A stretch of DNA of 43,314 bases. Source: Candidatus Kerfeldbacteria bacterium. GTDB taxonomy: Bacteria; Patescibacteriota; Patescibacteriia; SBBC01. The stretch is from assembly GCA_016207275.1 (NCBI GenBank), contig JACQPY010000005.1:1-43314 (forward strand), read 5' to 3'. The notes under the pieces are model-generated. The model saw nothing but the letters and a program-made list of their open reading frames with translations. It was not told the origin of the DNA and ran no database searches. Shown one piece after another: positions 41,280-43,314 of the stretch (positions within the stretch are counted from its first letter, which is position 1; each line of letters starts with the position of its first letter). Position numbers and translations under genes: made by a program.

Positions 41280-41747
41280 TTACTTGACATGTCGCTTTCG
41301 CCACTCGTAGGCTGGAACAACCATCAGGTAGAATGTGGCGCCGGCTAGTACTTGGCCGATGATGATACCGAAGTTGACGCTGCCAACCAAGCGCGGCGCC
41401 CAGAACATGAAGAACGGTCGGGTGACGACCGTGTCAATGGTGTCGGCGACGCTGTATTCGAGTACGACGTCGCGAAACGCAAGCGCGATTGCCTTGATGC
41501 CGCGAGCGTGATTGTGGCGATGTCTGCGCAGTTCACGGACAAACGCATAGCCGTAATAGGCAATTGCGTCGGCGATGGTGACAATGTAGGCAGCCGCGAC
41601 CTTGCTCCAGGCGAATCTGTCGTCGAGGAAGAGCGGTCGCAGCATGTTCGCCGCGTAGAGCGCGAAGAGCAACGCCACGACTTCCTGAGGAACATACCGC
41701 CGAATCCACTCCCAGATTTTCTTCCGGGAGGGTATGGTCAAATTCAT
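41280..41747 (-). CDS. hypothetical membrane protein (155 aa, about 4 TM helices)
   Basis: GGGAGGAG upstream of ATG 41747 (MNLTIPSRKKIWEW...). The longer ORF-track N-terminus is translated repeat. Confidence 0.55.
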   Translation of the reverse strand: MNLTIPSRKKIWEWIRRYVPQEVVALLFALYAANMLRPLFLDDRFAWSKVAAAYIVTIADAIAYYGYAFVRELRRHRHNHARGIKAIALAFRDVVLEYSVADTIDTVVTRPFFMFWAPRLVGSVNFGIIIGQVLAGATFYLMVVPAYEWRKRHVK

Positions 41748-41789
41748 GATCGACTCCTCCCGATTGTAGGTCGAATTGTAAGGTGCAGC

Positions 41790-41860
41790 ATCCTTCGACT
41801 CAGCCGCACTTGTCATCCTGAGGTTCTCGAAGGAACAAGTGCGGCTTCGCTCAGGACAGG
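41790..41860. repeat. rearranged copy of the CTGTCA-family palindromic element
   Basis: ATCCTTCGACTCAGC, GTCATCCTGAGG and CTTCGCTCAGGACAG blocks, plus the inverted repeat CGCACTTGT / ACAAGTGCG. Confidence 0.5.
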
Positions 41861-42061
41861 TCCGCTGCGCCTTGATGATTCGACGCAGCAGATTTGGTTC
41901 CGAAGTTGGAACGCCTGAATCTAACAGCAATGGCAGGGAAAGTCAAGGCCGCCTCCCCTTGTCCTTCGCGTAAAGCGACGTGGTCGCCACGCGACTTTAC
42001 GTCGGACAATCCCCTCCACACTGTGGAGGGGAGGCCGCAGAGCGGCGGGGAGGGAGAAGCC

Positions 42062-42090
42062 TTGACAGGCTGTCAAATCTGGGTTATCCT
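42062..42090 (+). promoter_or_regulatory. candidate rRNA operon promoter
   Basis: TTGACA, 17-nt spacer, TATCCT, about 770 nt upstream of the 16S 5' end. Confidence 0.4.
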
Positions 42091-42856
42091 CACATTGTCG
42101 ATAATTATTGTCGTTCCCCGCGTCTGCGGGGACCCATCAACAAGGAGACGATAGATTCGGCACTACACATTTGCGCACATTGAACTGAACTGATCCCAGC
42201 TCAAGGCTGGGAAGAGAAGACAGGGATTGCTGAAGTTTTGGCACTCACTGTTTTTGTTTGCCAGGCGAGCCAAAGGCCTTTGGCTCTTAGTTCCCTCGCC
42301 TCAGCACGAAGTAAATTCGTGCTTCGGCCCGAGCCGATCCACATTAGTTGCTGCTCACCACCGGTGACTAGACAAGTGATGTGAATCCTGGATCCACGAG
42401 GATGCCAGTGGTCTCAATGGGACCCTTCGTCCGCAGTAGCGGAACTCAGGGTTTCAGTCGAGGCCCCGCCTCTCCTGAAATTTGACAACTGAAGTGCGGT
42501 AAGGAAACTCCGTAAATCCCGTCGAATGACGGGACACGGGGTAAAGAGCCCCCTGTACCAGTCGCCCGCCATTCGGCGTGGCTCCGGTGCAGGGTTAGAC
42601 GTGATCGTCGGAGCAGCGAGGGTTGAGTTTCAGGGCCAGGGCACCCATAAAATTCTTTAGGAATTTTATGGGAACCCGCCAGAGCGTTTTTTATAGCTCG
42701 TTTGGATTCCTGCTCCCCTCACTCCTCCGACGGTCCGTCACCAAGTCAATTCTAAACGGTCTTAAGCGATTCCCCCGTCATCCTCGTGATGATGTCTCAA
42801 GTGAATCGCGCCGCGGCTGGGTCCCCCGATCAAGTCGGGGGTAACCACCGCGGGTC

Positions 42857-43314
<458 letters not shown>

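Noticed and set aside
42110-42133. Sequence GTCGTTCCCCGCGTCTGCGGGGAC, which closely resembles a type I-E CRISPR repeat (GTTCCCCGCG...GCGGGGA).
   Set aside because: There is only one copy. No second repeat occurs at spacer distance and no cas genes lie in the window. It is better explained as one more GC-rich hairpin in the rRNA leader, or at most a solitary degenerate repeat.
42623-42844. 73-aa ORF immediately upstream of the 16S gene.
   Set aside because: It lies in the rRNA leader, has no SD and overlaps hairpins. Its composition is not protein-like.

Overview
The window is a 43.3 kb, roughly 55-60% GC bacterial chromosome fragment. It ends in the 5' 450 nt of a 16S rRNA gene. That 16S carries an expanded AT-rich V1 helix and GGCTGCAG in place of the usual GGCAGCAG, which together with the gene content suggests a Patescibacteria/CPR-like organism; I could not run a search to confirm this.

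Most coding capacity is housekeeping:
- Nucleoside and amino-acid metabolism: proline dehydrogenase, punA-cdd.
- Translation and RNA processing: rplS, rluD, cca, rpsA, rpmF, nusB, rnc, rpsP, a KH protein, trmD.
- Other core functions: a PP2C phosphatase, ftsH, gyrA, smc, a PilB/GspE ATPase, an MFS transporter.
- Three tRNAs: Leu-GAG, Val-GAC and Ile-UAU.

The unusual content is non-coding or accessory:
1. Several families of GC-rich palindromic (REP/REPIN/MITE-like) elements occur together with a RAYT-type Y1 transposase. Copies sit in frame inside the RAYT gene itself and inside rluD.
2. All three tRNA genes have perfect 10-12 bp extensions of the acceptor stem. The tRNA-Leu and tRNA-Val operons also carry tRNA-derived structured elements or 5'-half remnants upstream of the intact tRNA.
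3. IVS-type cassette ORFs (a four-helix-bundle protein and a GxxExxY protein) are bracketed by inverted repeats outside any rRNA. One lies directly upstream of rnc.
4. A patatin-like phospholipase operon has four small membrane or basic proteins, separated by a repeated double-hairpin module.
5. Two minus-strand operons encode very small proteins.
6. The SMC appears to lack a hinge domain.

I consider the patatin/small-protein cassette array and the tRNA-operon structured elements the best candidates for something undescribed. All calls rest on reading the sequence and ORF translations only. No database, folding or covariation computation was possible.
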